Origin: Candidatus Thorarchaeota archaeon
GTDB lineage: Archaea > Asgardarchaeota > Thorarchaeia > Thorarchaeales > Thorarchaeaceae
Assembly (NCBI GenBank): GCA_003345595.1
Contig: PRDI01000042.1
Location: forward strand, 1-32,716
Direction of reading: 5' to 3'
DNA: 32,716 nucleotides
A program made the position numbers and the translations under genes. Shown in pieces: positions 7,768-18,619 of the stretch. Position 1 is the first letter of the stretch. Every line of letters begins with the position of its first letter. The notes under the pieces were generated by a model, which ran no database searches, had not been told where the DNA came from, and saw only the letters and a list, made by a program, of their open reading frames with translations.

Positions 7768-9978
7768 ATGGTGAACAAGAACTTAGCAGTATCTCTATTC
7801 GTAGTCTTCTTGGTGTCTTCCTTCACGGCCTTTGCACAGACGACGCTCCCACAATCACAGAATGTCCCTCAAGTAACGCCTCAAATGACAATTAATCCAA
7901 CTGGTTACAGCATAAATTCGGACTTGCCCGGATCAAGTGTTTTGATACGGGAATACGTACTACCTGCGGGTAGTCCGGCCACAACCTATGTGCCATCGAC
8001 AGGTCCGAGTTTTCCCACAGACGTAACCTATGATGCTCTTGGATTCATATGGTTCACTGACATCTTCAACAACAGGATATATCGTCTGACGCCAGCGACG
8101 GAGATTAACCAAACCTCAACTACAGCATTGAAGTGGCAACTGCCTCTGACTTTGAACATGACGCGTGGTCCGGCCCACATCATTGTTGATGATGCTCATA
8201 CCTGCGTCTGGTTCACTGATTACGCAAGTATGCAAATCAGTCGTCTCGACTGGATAACCAATCTACTCACAGACTGGACTATCCCAAGGAACTTGAACAT
8301 TCACCCTTGGGATTTGATCATGGATACGGAAATTGGCAACATCTGGTTCACCGCATTCAACATGTCCAAGTTCTGCGAGCTTAACCCTGGCAGCGGCACC
8401 CTGTTCGTCTACAACTTGTTGGTGCCGGGTGCCACTGGGGGGTTCCTGCCTGCACGTCTTGCAGAAATGAAGCCGAGTGGGGATCATTTCTATATGACAG
8501 ACTTGGGTTTTGACTATCTCTACAAGGTCAAATTCGTCAATCCTATGGCGACAGGAGCTCTCGTTTACCCGCTCGTAGCTGATGGATCCAGCTTAGCACT
8601 AGCAGTAGACAGCAAGGAGAATGTGTGGGTCACTCAGCCCACGAATGACCTCGTGAATGAACAGGTCGTCGGAAGCACGAACAAGTACGTCGGAAACTTG
8701 ACTCTCATACAAACAACTCTGCCCGACGACAGGAATTACGTTAACCCTCAGATAATAGAAATCAGGATTCAGATAACTCCAGTTCGACCCGAGGAATACA
8801 ACATTCCTCCTCGAATAAAGGGTGACCCCTTGGCGATATGGACAGTCCCCTCATCACCGTCCGGACCTTGGGGGATTGATGTCGACACCAATGACAGCGC
8901 ATGGTACACTGAATTCTCCGGCAATCAAATCGGAGTAATCGTCCCGGCATCCAACAAGACAGTGGAGTACATGGTTCCGACAGCTAATTCGCATCCGTTA
9001 TACGTTACTGTGCCGCGGAGTACAATGCCACCTTTTGAAACTCACGTGTGGTTCACGGAGCTTACGGGCGGTAAGATTGGTGAGCTCTTCAGCGCCACCT
9101 ATGTCGATATCCGTGTGGCTCCATCTCTTCCGCCGCAGTATCCTCCACCAAACCCCGGTTCCATACGCTGGACTACCGAGCCTGGTGCGGAGATTTGGAT
9201 TGATGCACCCAGCAACGGGTACAGCTCTGCTCATCATGATGTGCCAGAGAGGGGGGTGGTGAACCATCTCTATGCTCAAGTGACGAACTTGGGCTTCTCG
9301 ACAGCTAGCAACGTTGAGGTCACATTCTACTACCACAACATGTCTGTGTCGTTTGCACAGTTGATTCCGTTGCCGCCCACTGCACCGTTGTCCTCATGCT
9401 GGATCCTAATAGGTAGCACGACAGTATCATCACTGGCACCCAGCCTCTCGATAGATGTGTACGTGAACTGGACAATCGCTTCCAGTGTGCCCGATCACTT
9501 CTGCATAGGTGTGCAAGCTGACGCCGCAGGCGACATTAACCTGTATGATAACGTTGCATACCGTAACTTCGAGATATACAGCATTCTTGCAGGGGTTCCC
9601 ACAACACTCTACTTACCAGTCTGGGCCACGAACTCCCTCAATGGTACAGGTTACATGAGTCTGTCATTATCTGGCGTTCCTGCAGGCTGGACGGCTGAAG
9701 TAAAGCCGAATGGCTTTGAACTTGGAAAAGGCAAGTCCAAGCTGCTGAACCTCACAATCCAGGTGCCCTCATCCACACGGGCTGGCATGCGTGCCGTGAT
9801 AAGACTCACTGGCATGATAAACGGAACCACGACTGGAGCGGTTTGGATTGAAGTGGACATCATTGCCGCAACCACGACGGGGCCATCCATACCCATAGTG
9901 GACATAGCTCTCTTGGGCGGTGGGTTTGTAGCAGGCATTGTGTTAATGCTAGCCATTGGATCTAGGCACAAAAAGTAG
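7768..9978 (+). CDS. Secreted, membrane-anchored Vgb-lyase-like beta-propeller protein with CARDB/NEW3-like Ig domains
   Basis: Signal peptide, repeated P..I..D..G.IWFT motifs, VTNLG...A.NVEVTFY, GVPAGWTA, C-terminal TM plus basic tail; ttttaag TATA at 7734. Confidence 0.8.
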   Translation: MVNKNLAVSLFVVFLVSSFTAFAQTTLPQSQNVPQVTPQMTINPTGYSINSDLPGSSVLIREYVLPAGSPATTYVPSTGPSFPTDVTYDALGFIWFTDIFNNRIYRLTPATEINQTSTTALKWQLPLTLNMTRGPAHIIVDDAHTCVWFTDYASMQISRLDWITNLLTDWTIPRNLNIHPWDLIMDTEIGNIWFTAFNMSKFCELNPGSGTLFVYNLLVPGATGGFLPARLAEMKPSGDHFYMTDLGFDYLYKVKFVNPMATGALVYPLVADGSSLALAVDSKENVWVTQPTNDLVNEQVVGSTNKYVGNLTLIQTTLPDDRNYVNPQIIEIRIQITPVRPEEYNIPPRIKGDPLAIWTVPSSPSGPWGIDVDTNDSAWYTEFSGNQIGVIVPASNKTVEYMVPTANSHPLYVTVPRSTMPPFETHVWFTELTGGKIGELFSATYVDIRVAPSLPPQYPPPNPGSIRWTTEPGAEIWIDAPSNGYSSAHHDVPERGVVNHLYAQVTNLGFSTASNVEVTFYYHNMSVSFAQLIPLPPTAPLSSCWILIGSTTVSSLAPSLSIDVYVNWTIASSVPDHFCIGVQADAAGDINLYDNVAYRNFEIYSILAGVPTTLYLPVWATNSLNGTGYMSLSLSGVPAGWTAEVKPNGFELGKGKSKLLNLTIQVPSSTRAGMRAVIRLTGMINGTTTGAVWIEVDIIAATTTGPSIPIVDIALLGGGFVAGIVLMLAIGSRHKK

Positions 9979-10167
9979 CATCTCTTGGGCTAGGACTTCG
10001 CGTTCCTAGCCTCACCTCTTTCTTCTTCTATGGACTGTATACAACTTCCAGATGTCTGGTCAATGCGTCGTGAATGAGAAGTCCGCCCGAATTTCTGAGT
10101 CTTGTGGCATCCTAGACATTCTGCAGACTTCAAGCGCAGGGAATTGCGGCGAAGCAGCAAGAGGAAG

Positions 10168-10201
10168 TGGGGGCGGGGGGTCGATTTGAACGACAGGTCT
10201 C
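10168..10201 (-). repeat. tRNA-iMet 3' fragment repeat, truncated
   Basis: tgggggcggggggtcgatttgaacgacaggtctc. Confidence 0.88.
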
Positions 10202-10443
10202 TGTGGTTAGCCTTTGACATCAGAGAGCTTAATATCTGAAGGGTCGCTATACAGAAATCTCACCCCGTGTGAAGCGTCTTACGGGCCCGCACTTTCTCCT
10301 CTGACTGCGCTATGTCATCTGCAGTGAATATGGCCGACGTGAGGAGCGGGAATGCAGGAGCCTCGGTTTCCCATGACACGTCTGGAAAGAACACCTTGCC
10401 TGCATTGAGGCAAGTGTCACAAATGCTTGGGGCGTGAAGATAG

Positions 10444-11412
10444 ATGGATTCGTGGCGTAAGCAACTCAGATTCAACCCAATCAAGCCTCTGCTGGATTCA
10501 GGAAATGAGGCTATTGTCTTCTTCACAAAGAGAGACCTATTGAATGAGGATGCGGGTGACATTGAACAGCTGTGGCATATGGAACAGCCACAGAAACTGC
10601 TTGAGAAGCAACAGAATGACGGTTCGTGGAAATACAGAGGAAAGAAGAGTCTGCAGCGTGAGTACAACAAGCTGGAAACATATAGGACGATCGGCTGGCT
10701 TGTTGAGAAATATGGCATGAATAGAGCGCACGTTTCAATTCAGAAGGCAGCGGAATTCCTGTTTAGCTTCCAGACAGACGAAGGTGACTTTCGTGGCATC
10801 TACGGGAATCAGTACAGCCCGAACTACTCCGCCGCCATAATGGAGCTGCTCATCAAGGCAGGGTATGAGAATGACCCCCACATAGACAGGGGTCTGAAAT
10901 GGCTAATTTCCATGCGCCAGAGTGACGGCGGCTGGGCAGGCCCGCTGCGCACACACAAAGTCGAATACAGTGTGATCAGGGATAAGGAAACGCTTCAACC
11001 CGACAGATCCAAGCCGTTCTCGCATTTGGCCACAGGAATAGTCCTCCGAGCATTTGCTGCTCATAAAGAATATAGGAAGAGGAGGGAGATAGTCCACGCA
11101 GCAGAACTGCTCGCATCCAGATTCTTTCAGAAGGACGCCTATCCTGACAGGGCGGACGTCAGCTACTGGACGAGATTCAGATATCCCTTCTGGTGGACGG
11201 ATATACTGTCATCACTTGACTCATTGTCTCTAATTGGCGTGACAGTTGGGAATCAGAACGTCAGAAAAGCACTGGACTGGTTTGTAGGGAAGCAGAACAA
11301 AAGCGGCATCTGGAAGGTGTACCTCCTTGCCAGCGCCAATGACAGGAGGTTTAATGACCTCTGGATCTCACTGGCTATCTGCCGGGTGTTCAAGAAGCTT
11401 TACGTGGGATGA
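10444..11412 (+). CDS. Prenyltransferase/squalene-oxidase repeat (QW-motif) protein
   Basis: QQNDGSW, QTDEGDF, RQSDGGW and KQNKSGIW repeats. Confidence 0.8.
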   Translation: MDSWRKQLRFNPIKPLLDSGNEAIVFFTKRDLLNEDAGDIEQLWHMEQPQKLLEKQQNDGSWKYRGKKSLQREYNKLETYRTIGWLVEKYGMNRAHVSIQKAAEFLFSFQTDEGDFRGIYGNQYSPNYSAAIMELLIKAGYENDPHIDRGLKWLISMRQSDGGWAGPLRTHKVEYSVIRDKETLQPDRSKPFSHLATGIVLRAFAAHKEYRKRREIVHAAELLASRFFQKDAYPDRADVSYWTRFRYPFWWTDILSSLDSLSLIGVTVGNQNVRKALDWFVGKQNKSGIWKVYLLASANDRRFNDLWISLAICRVFKKLYVG

Positions 11413-11549
11413 TTCTATGGTAAAGGACAATGGGGGTTCAATTGATTCTTATCTAGGATAGACTTGTTGCTCCAATGGTTGTGTTAGTCACAAGGCGCCC
11501 GCTGGTTGTGTCTTTGTAGCATCATAGGAAGCGCCAGAGAGTATCCAAG

Positions 11550-13037
11550 ATGACAGACCTTGAAAATCAGCCTAAGGAAGACCCCGATATTGACTTTGAC
11601 GAGCGTTTGCCGGTCAAGTCGAAGATAGCCTTTGGCACGTCTCAGGCTTCCATCAACCTGCTTCAGGTCATAGCTCTTGGTTCCGCAATCACTTTCTACT
11701 ACAATGTCAAGCTAGGCCTAAGCGAAGAATGGATATCCCTTGCCTGGCTCCTGTTCGGGGTTTGGAATGCTCTTAACGACCCCCTGTTTGGCATTCTCCA
11801 AGAGAGGATCAATACAGACATTGGCAGACGCATCCCAGTCCTGCGTTACGGTGCACCATTCTATGCTCTTACCTTCATCATTTGCTGGGTCCCGTTTCTG
11901 GGAAACTCTCAGATAGCCCTGTTCTGGAATCTTCTGCTGGTTCTCTTCTTGTTCGATTCCATGTTCACTATGGTCGGACTGGTACAGACAGCTTTGCCCG
12001 CCGAGATGTGCATTACTCAGAAGGCCAGGTCCAATCTCAACTTGTACAACGTGATTCTGGGCTCTATTGGTGGGCTATTGGCTATGGTACTACCATTGGT
12101 CTTGCTCACCAGTGAGTCATCGACCGAACTCAACCCTCTCTTCAAGCCCGCGATGGTGCTGGCAGGGGTATTTGCTGGAACAGTCCTGTTTCTTTCTAGC
12201 TACGCCTTGACCGAAAACGAGTATGCAAGGACTGAAGAGCCGCTGGGTTTCGTGGAATCGATGGTCAAGGCCCTCAAGAATAGGGAGTTCTTGGCATTTG
12301 AAGCTATGAACTTCCCTCACGAAATGGCTTTCACGATAGTGACTGGTTCCATGATATACTTTGCACAGTACGTCCTGAGATTTCAAGGTCTGATGGCTTC
12401 CATTCCGTTTGCTGCGGTCTTCGGACTCATTCTTCTGTTCAGTTACTTCGCTGACAGGACGGTGAGAAAGCGGGGGCTGAAGCGGGTCTATATTGATGGG
12501 CTATTGATAACGAGTGCCGGGCTCATACTACTGCTCTTCTCGGGGAGCTGGCTGATTGGTGTGGTGCTAAGTCTTGCGGTTGTCGGAATAGGTCTAGCTC
12601 CGGTCTTGTTGATATGGTCCCCGCTGCTGGCTGACGTAATCGACCATGATGAAGCATTGACTGGCAAGAGGCGGGAAACGACTTACGCTGGAATGAACGC
12701 ATTGATCACGAAACCTGCAATCTCCATTGCCAATGCATTGTTCTTGCTGGTCATTAGTGCATTCGGGTTTGACAGCACGCTGAATACGCAGCCAGAGCTG
12801 GCGATCTTTGGGATACGGGTAGGATTCGCGCTGATTCCCTCGATATGTTTCATAGTCAGTGCAGCCACGTTGTGGAAATGGTACAAGCTGGATGGCAAAG
12901 AGTGGGTTGCTAGGAAAGCCGAACTTGGAATGATACACCTGCAGAAAGAAAAGGAGTACATCAGGTTGCTCCAGAAGGAGGGAAAGATATCCAAGGTCTA
13001 TCAGAAGCTCTATAGAGAACCAGCAGAGGAGTCATGA
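11550..13037 (+). CDS. MFS transporter, GPH (MelB-like) family
   Basis: WNALNDPLFG, GRRIP, LADVIDHDE..TGKRRE; about 12 TM. Confidence 0.92.
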   Translation: MTDLENQPKEDPDIDFDERLPVKSKIAFGTSQASINLLQVIALGSAITFYYNVKLGLSEEWISLAWLLFGVWNALNDPLFGILQERINTDIGRRIPVLRYGAPFYALTFIICWVPFLGNSQIALFWNLLLVLFLFDSMFTMVGLVQTALPAEMCITQKARSNLNLYNVILGSIGGLLAMVLPLVLLTSESSTELNPLFKPAMVLAGVFAGTVLFLSSYALTENEYARTEEPLGFVESMVKALKNREFLAFEAMNFPHEMAFTIVTGSMIYFAQYVLRFQGLMASIPFAAVFGLILLFSYFADRTVRKRGLKRVYIDGLLITSAGLILLLFSGSWLIGVVLSLAVVGIGLAPVLLIWSPLLADVIDHDEALTGKRRETTYAGMNALITKPAISIANALFLLVISAFGFDSTLNTQPELAIFGIRVGFALIPSICFIVSAATLWKWYKLDGKEWVARKAELGMIHLQKEKEYIRLLQKEGKISKVYQKLYREPAEES

Positions 13038-13089
13038 TGGAAAAGGCAACCGGGACCCTGGTGAGATGAGAACGGATTCTATAGAACCG

Positions 13090-13191
13090 GTCATTCTGCC
13101 AATCATCGTCCTTTGGGTCCAGTTTCACTGCTTTTCTGAAGGCCCCTTCTGCTGATGTATGCTTGGAATCAGGTTTTGGATCGGGTGTCAT
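13090..13191 (-). pseudogene. TPR gene remnant
   Basis: Single TPR-like fragment SAEGAFRKAVKLDPKD resembling the intact TPR cassettes. Confidence 0.45.
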
Positions 13192-13354
13192 GTCCTCACA
13201 GCCTGAAATGCCTTACGAACCGTGACAGGCTTCACTCAACCTTCCTCTTGAGAAGGTACGCCGTCCTGTTTTGAGAGGGACATGTGACATACTGCGTTCT
13301 TAGTCTATGAACTTAGTTCATAAGCGGACGAAAGATGGAGTGATTAGAAAGAAG

Positions 13355-13406
13355 TGGTAGCGGGGGTCGATTTGAACGGCCGATCTCAGGGTCATGAGTC
13401 CTGCGG
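13355..13406 (-). repeat. tRNA-iMet 3' fragment repeat, full length
   Basis: tggtagcgggggtcgatttgaacggccgatctcagggtcatgagtcctgcgg. Confidence 0.95.
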
Positions 13407-13614
13407 AACGGAAGGGGAACCCCAGAGTCCTACAAGGGTATCCTTGCTGCCATTGTAGCTTCAATTCGCTCGTTGTCTACGCAACGATTCCTACCTGAAT
13501 GATGACCTAGGTGGTGAAAGCCTCATCTTATGCTGGGTTTCGAGTACACGCGAGAAGAGGAATAACCTCAATGTGGAACAGTAGGCCGCTCTGTCAGGTA
13601 CGCAACTGCGCCCA

Positions 13615-14025
13615 CTAGGTCAAGCACGGATCTATGACTTCTATGTTCGGCACATGTCTGAACGACTGATCATGAGTCATGATGCTCCTAATCGCTTCCT
13701 TATCCATCGTCGCCAGAAGCGAGGCATCACGACCCCCGATTCCCAGATGCACGAATTCACACAGCTTCGTTATTGTCAACATCAGTGTTGGCCTGTCCAA
13801 GGCGTACACCGGAATGTCATAGTCCATGAAGATTCGGGCTTTCTCTCCTCCCGCCAGCGGACCCAAGCGTTTCACGAGATAGTGCAAGGTCTCGACAGCC
13901 ACTGTAGCGTTTATCGATGCCTCATTTCGTTTCAGCACTTTCTCAAGAGGTTTCACAACCTGTGTGTGCTCGGGAAGAGTCGAGTCGAAGTAGTACGCCC
14001 AGATATTGGTGTCCACGAGAATCAA
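13615..14025 (-). CDS. vapC: PIN-domain toxin (VapC family)
   Basis: ILVDTNIW, E, GRDASLLA, IMTHDQSF; TTG start overlaps the antitoxin stop (TTGA). Confidence 0.9.
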   Translation of the reverse strand: MILVDTNIWAYYFDSTLPEHTQVVKPLEKVLKRNEASINATVAVETLHYLVKRLGPLAGGEKARIFMDYDIPVYALDRPTLMLTITKLCEFVHLGIGGRDASLLATMDKEAIRSIMTHDQSFRHVPNIEVIDPCLT

Positions 14026-14270
14026 GGCACTGTCCTCCAAATCTCCTTGAGACGCAATGGGTCCAAGTCGCTCTCCACGGTTATGCATCCTCGAAGCTCG
14101 GCAATGAATGTGTCAAGACTGACGACTCTCTCTATTGTCACACCGTCCTTCTTTGCAGATATCCGGACTCGGTCCCCAGTCTTGAGACCTGTCCTCTCGC
14201 GAATTTCCTTCGGAATGGTCACTCTACCCCGCTCGTCAATCTCGTTCGTTTCACCCATGAGTTCACCCAT
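14022..14270 (-). CDS. AbrB/MazE/SpoVT-family antitoxin
   Basis: IDERGRVTIPKEIRERTGLKTGD; ttaata box about 25 nt upstream; start 14270 or 14258. Confidence 0.9.
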   Translation of the reverse strand: MGELMGETNEIDERGRVTIPKEIRERTGLKTGDRVRISAKKDGVTIERVVSLDTFIAELRGCITVESDLDPLRLKEIWRTVP

Positions 14271-14405
14271 TCCCACAATCGTGCCCAAAGGTATTAACTG
14301 TATCGCACCCAAAGGTGATGGCTGTACCACATCTTCGGTGAGATCTCGTCCGAATTGGTGTGCGGTCAACAAAGAAGCACAAGAAGCCACGCAGAAGTTG
14401 AGAGA

Positions 14406-14461
14406 TGGTAGAGGGCGATTGGTTTGAACGACCGATCTCAAGGTCATGAGCCCCGCGGGAT
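14406..14461 (-). repeat. tRNA-iMet 3' fragment repeat, full length, diverged
   Basis: tggtagagggcgattggtttgaacgaccgatctcaaggtcatgagccccgcgggat. Confidence 0.9.
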
Positions 14462-14611
14462 ACGGTGAATCTTAATCATATAGTGCAAGGATACTCTTCG
14501 CCTACCACCCCTCGTCTCCAAAGGCTACTTGTCCTGCATGCCGTCTCCTCAGCGGTGGGAACAAGGACGCCACATTCAGGAGCACAGGCTGCTTCTCATA
14601 AGGACATTACA

Positions 14612-15202
14612 CTAGCGAACCCTACACTCTTGGATGAAGAGCAAGAACGCCAGAAGGCTCGACACACTGGCGATCAACCAGACGATTCGAAATGGTGCCG
14701 CTATCGCTATTCCTCCTACTATCAGACCAATTCCAGTGATTCCCATGAGCATTCTGTTTCTGGACCTTTCTCTTGTTTGCCTCAGTGCGTATCCTACCAT
14801 TGCAAGAGTGGTGACCGTCCCGACAGGTAAATAGCTAGATACGATCAGATACGGGTATACGGCAGTCTGGTCCACAATGGCAATAAACACTGACGGTAGC
14901 ACACTCTCAAGTATCTGAAGTGCTGCTGTTACGAGACCTAGCAGAGTGATCGATGATGGGCATGTCCGTCCATATCTTCGATGGAACCCCAAGAAACCGA
15001 GCCCCATCAGAGAGTACCAGAGCGCCCATAGGATCGTGTCAAGCCACAGATAGAAGGAAGTCTGCAGAATCTCCGGCTCATAGATCACGTAGCGACTGAT
15101 TGGTGCAATCACTCCAACTATGCTGCCCAAGGCTCCAATGATGAACAGCAGTCTGCTAACAATATCGTGTTGCTCTGTCGCTGCTAGCACTTCAACTCCC
15201 AC
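14612..15202 (-). CDS. Hypothetical multi-pass membrane protein
   Basis: 196 aa, about 6 TM, fills one inter-repeat interval. Confidence 0.7.
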   Translation of the reverse strand: MGVEVLAATEQHDIVSRLLFIIGALGSIVGVIAPISRYVIYEPEILQTSFYLWLDTILWALWYSLMGLGFLGFHRRYGRTCPSSITLLGLVTAALQILESVLPSVFIAIVDQTAVYPYLIVSSYLPVGTVTTLAMVGYALRQTRERSRNRMLMGITGIGLIVGGIAIAAPFRIVWLIASVSSLLAFLLFIQECRVR

Positions 15203-15313
15203 CGCAAGAGCTCAGATGCTACTGCCCTATTGCTGGTGAGCAGCATTTATGCTTGTCCCTGCACGCGTCGCATCTTAGTGGGCATATAGACAGTTCAAGC
15301 TCGGAAAGTGAAA

Positions 15314-15351
15314 TGGTAGCGGGCGGTCAATCTGAACGAGCAATCTCAGGG
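15314..15351 (-). repeat. tRNA-iMet 3' fragment repeat, truncated at anticodon stem
   Basis: tggtagcgggcggtcaatctgaacgagcaatctcaggg. Confidence 0.9.
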
Positions 15352-15372
15352 GCCTCCATCCGAGTATGGCAG

Positions 15373-16176
15373 CTATGTCTGGTCTTGATTCTGTTGGCCT
15401 GTAGTGTTCTCAACATCCTGCGACTGATTGCCCTTCTGAACAGGTGAAACGGACTTCTTCAGACCTGCAGAAAGCAGTGACAACCCCGTGTATTCCCAGA
15501 GAGTCAGAATGGCGGTCAATGGCCATGCATGAAATATGACGACTGCCTGCCTTACTCCGAAGTGTTCGTCCGCTATCACGGCCATGGAATTAGTGATGAA
15601 ACCATGGATGCTTTCATTCTGGCTTGGGTTGTAGAGGCCGATTGTCCAGTTCGCGACCACAAACGCGTAAGAGTACCGGTACGGAAGTCTGAGGTTCAAA
15701 ACGCAAGCATGAGAGCAGTTCCCTTGCTCGAACTTGTTCTGCGGGATGTTCTCGTCTACTATGTAGAATGTGACGTTGCCGGACCAATCAAAAAGCTCTA
15801 GATACAGATTCTCTACCGTATACCAGTTTGATAGCGACTTGCTATGATAGGTCCCCTCGGGCGGAAGGTCTACAGATTCCTCCCACCCGGTTCTATTGAT
15901 TTCACCTTGGTAGTAAGACTGGAGGTCATAGACAAGTCCTGCCTGTAGTACTAGAAGAGCCGAGGTGCATACAGTGAGCACAAGAGTGCGACTCCTCCTG
16001 TTTGCCGTCCAGCCAGTTCGCACGTTGAACAATGAGAGGACTGCAATCTCGGGGAAGATCAGGAGCACTGCAATCTCAAGTGGGAATAGCCTGATGCTGG
16101 TGATGATCAACATCACTATCAACGTCATCATGACGGTTCGAAGTTCATAACCATCCCTCTGCCAGCGCCCGGTCAT
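15373..16176 (-). CDS. Hypothetical membrane protein with extracellular domain
   Basis: 267 aa, 3 N-terminal TM, loop rich in N-glycosylation sequons, C-terminal TM. Confidence 0.7.
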   Translation of the reverse strand: MTGRWQRDGYELRTVMMTLIVMLIITSIRLFPLEIAVLLIFPEIAVLSLFNVRTGWTANRRSRTLVLTVCTSALLVLQAGLVYDLQSYYQGEINRTGWEESVDLPPEGTYHSKSLSNWYTVENLYLELFDWSGNVTFYIVDENIPQNKFEQGNCSHACVLNLRLPYRYSYAFVVANWTIGLYNPSQNESIHGFITNSMAVIADEHFGVRQAVVIFHAWPLTAILTLWEYTGLSLLSAGLKKSVSPVQKGNQSQDVENTTGQQNQDQT

Positions 16177-16384
16177 GTCACATCCCTCTGGGAAGGATCA
16201 CTTCCTGCAGCAATTGCCCTATACATAACAGGGTCCGAGAACATCCTGAGCCCTCTGACTGCACAATCTGCAGACCTGTAATATGAATTCTTCTCTCGCT
16301 ATCGAATCTTCCTCGCAAATGGACAAATGAGGCCGCGTGAGCACAGATGTGGCAAACCGGTTGGTCATGGCAGGTCAGAAGAAG

Positions 16385-16439
16385 TGGTAGCAGGGGTCGA
16401 TTTGAACGACCGATCTCAGGGTCATGAGTATCTTGGGAT
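16385..16439 (-). repeat. tRNA-iMet 3' fragment repeat, full length
   Basis: tggtagcaggggtcgatttgaacgaccgatctcagggtcatgagtatcttgggat. Confidence 0.93.
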
Positions 16440-16578
16440 TGTGCGATGGTCTGCAGAAGGATGATGGCCGGGAGCCATAAAGCAGTATCTACTCTATGAA
16501 TCACCGTGCTGGCATAACCATGCATATATCTAGCATGTGGTCGCCGCCGTGCGCCAAAGACAGTCCCTTCAGAGTGGG

Positions 16579-18012
16579 ATGACAAACATGCCTAGTGCGG
16601 ACAACGCCTCGAATTCTGCGGCGGAAACACCGGGCGCTGCAGAGAATGAACCGACCAGAATCACGTGGAGAATGTCGGTCAGGAAACTCTTCACCAATCG
16701 CAACTTCACCGTCTTCCTGATTACCAACTGGATATTCGCGAGCCTCCAGGTGGCTGGCCAGTATTTCAACCTCTACCTCAGAGACATAGGAATCCCGTAC
16801 ATAGGAATAGGGGCTCTCATGTCCGCGATGCTCATCATGGTGCTCATTGCCACGGCTATCGCGGGTTACTTGGCTGACAACTACAACAGGAGAAACCTCG
16901 CAATCATCACCATGGTGGTCAATGGTCTGGGGTTTCTGTTAATGTCGTTTGCAGTTAACTTCTGGACGGCGGGACTGGCACTCTTCGTGATAGCATCATC
17001 GAACTTCACGGGACAAGGAGGCACTGCATACATATACGAAACGATGGACCGGAAACACAGTGGCGTGGCCGTAAGCCTGTTCACATTGGGAACATTGTTC
17101 GGTCTCGGGCCTCTCTTCGTGATCGCACTTATGCTCAACAGTGGACTCACACTAGTGGAGGCCATGCGACCGATCTTCTTCTTCGGGGCTGTGGTCTACT
17201 TCGTATCTGCTGGAGTCAGAGTGGTATGGCTTGAATCGACGAAGATTCGGGAGAGGCAGAAGTCCGGCGGTATGCTCAGGGACTTTTTACACGAGAACGC
17301 GAGAGGTCTCAGGATGCTCGCTAGGGTCTTCCCAGTGTTTATCACCGTGATGATGCTCGATGCTCTGAGCGACAGTTTCTACAGTTTCTCGAACCTGTTC
17401 TATGTGAACGAAACGCTCGCGTTCGGCTTCGGCGAGATCAATCTCATGCTCCTGATAACGTTGGCAGTCTCTATCCCAATCACCCTCTATCTGGGCCAGG
17501 TGTTCGATAGACACGGAGGAAGGAGAATAACAGTCGCAGTCTATTCCGTGATGCCCTTCGCACTATCCCTCTTGATACTCGCGAGGGTCGTGCAGTATGT
17601 TGCACCCGCGACTTGGGTGAACTATCTCCACAGCCTCTACCCCGGACTGGAGGTGGTCTTCTCACTTGCATTCATTGCAGTAGCCACAAAGGCCACAAAC
17701 GACGTTCTCTGGGGTTCGGTAATATCGACGTACGTCCAGAAATCCCTCCCACGACAGGAGCTCGGAAAGATGCTTGGCCTCACAACTCTTTTGATTCTGG
17801 TTACAGGAATCTTCGGGCCCTTCATTTCAGGATACATCTACCAGACCTTTCTCGACGCCACGCCACTCTTAGTGATGGCGATAGTCCTGAATGTGATGAT
17901 TCTCATCGTGCTCGTGACGAAGAGCATTGAGCCAAGAGTCAAGGTCGAGGAATTAGAACAGGAAACCACTACTGGACCCAAGTTGCAGCCAGACGCCACT
18001 GCCAACAAATAG
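16579..18012 (+). CDS. MFS transporter
   Basis: Motif A GYLADNYNRR and GQVFDRHGGRR; about 12 TM; start uncertain. Confidence 0.9.
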   Translation: MTNMPSADNASNSAAETPGAAENEPTRITWRMSVRKLFTNRNFTVFLITNWIFASLQVAGQYFNLYLRDIGIPYIGIGALMSAMLIMVLIATAIAGYLADNYNRRNLAIITMVVNGLGFLLMSFAVNFWTAGLALFVIASSNFTGQGGTAYIYETMDRKHSGVAVSLFTLGTLFGLGPLFVIALMLNSGLTLVEAMRPIFFFGAVVYFVSAGVRVVWLESTKIRERQKSGGMLRDFLHENARGLRMLARVFPVFITVMMLDALSDSFYSFSNLFYVNETLAFGFGEINLMLLITLAVSIPITLYLGQVFDRHGGRRITVAVYSVMPFALSLLILARVVQYVAPATWVNYLHSLYPGLEVVFSLAFIAVATKATNDVLWGSVISTYVQKSLPRQELGKMLGLTTLLILVTGIFGPFISGYIYQTFLDATPLLVMAIVLNVMILIVLVTKSIEPRVKVEELEQETTTGPKLQPDATANK

Positions 18013-18226
18013 TGTGCCAAGTCTTCATGCGACGTGATGCAGTTGGCAGCTCTGAGTGGGCAACACTCGCAGTCATCGTCCGAGAGCTGTGTCGCCAGCG
18101 TTTCAGCTAGCTTCTCCTAGGTCGTGGGCCGTTACTTGGGGGAATGGGCCTCCCAACTCCCTGATAGAGGACCACAACGCTTGACATATATACAGAATAA
18201 CTATAGTTAGTCCGAGGCGTAAAGGC

Positions 18227-18502
18227 TTGTCTACGGAAACATTGGTAAGGGAAAGACGACATATCGTCACCCGTCAGATTGTCGGGTCCTTCATGGTCGG
18301 ATTCCTTCTGGGTGCCCTACTGACTTACCTCTATCCCAATCTGATACTGCCAGCAACTCAGCTATTGTTCGCTGGAACGAGTTCTCTCCAAGATCCAGCG
18401 GTATACATCACGAGAATCATCCTCAATGGTGCGGTCTATGGAGTGTTCACGGGTCTGGCGGCGTGGATTGTGACGAAGGGCAGGAAGACGCACGAGGACT
18501 GA
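18227..18502 (+). CDS. Small membrane protein
   Basis: 91 aa, 2 TM, catatata box upstream. Confidence 0.6.
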   Translation: MSTETLVRERRHIVTRQIVGSFMVGFLLGALLTYLYPNLILPATQLLFAGTSSLQDPAVYITRIILNGAVYGVFTGLAAWIVTKGRKTHED

Positions 18503-18619
18503 CCGGACCTGCCGAAGCGGCAGAAACCCTGCTCTTGGGTTGGCTGTGCGAGGAACACTTTTGTCGAACGCAAGAGTCCCGCACGCGCAATCACGGCTCG
18601 GGCCGCAGGCTTGGCCTCT

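Noticed and set aside
13654-14427. Long antisense or shadow ORFs (also 22357-23106, 3734-4327, 6535-7053, 19412-19816)
   Set aside because: They overlap well-supported genes on the opposite strand and show no recognisable domain.
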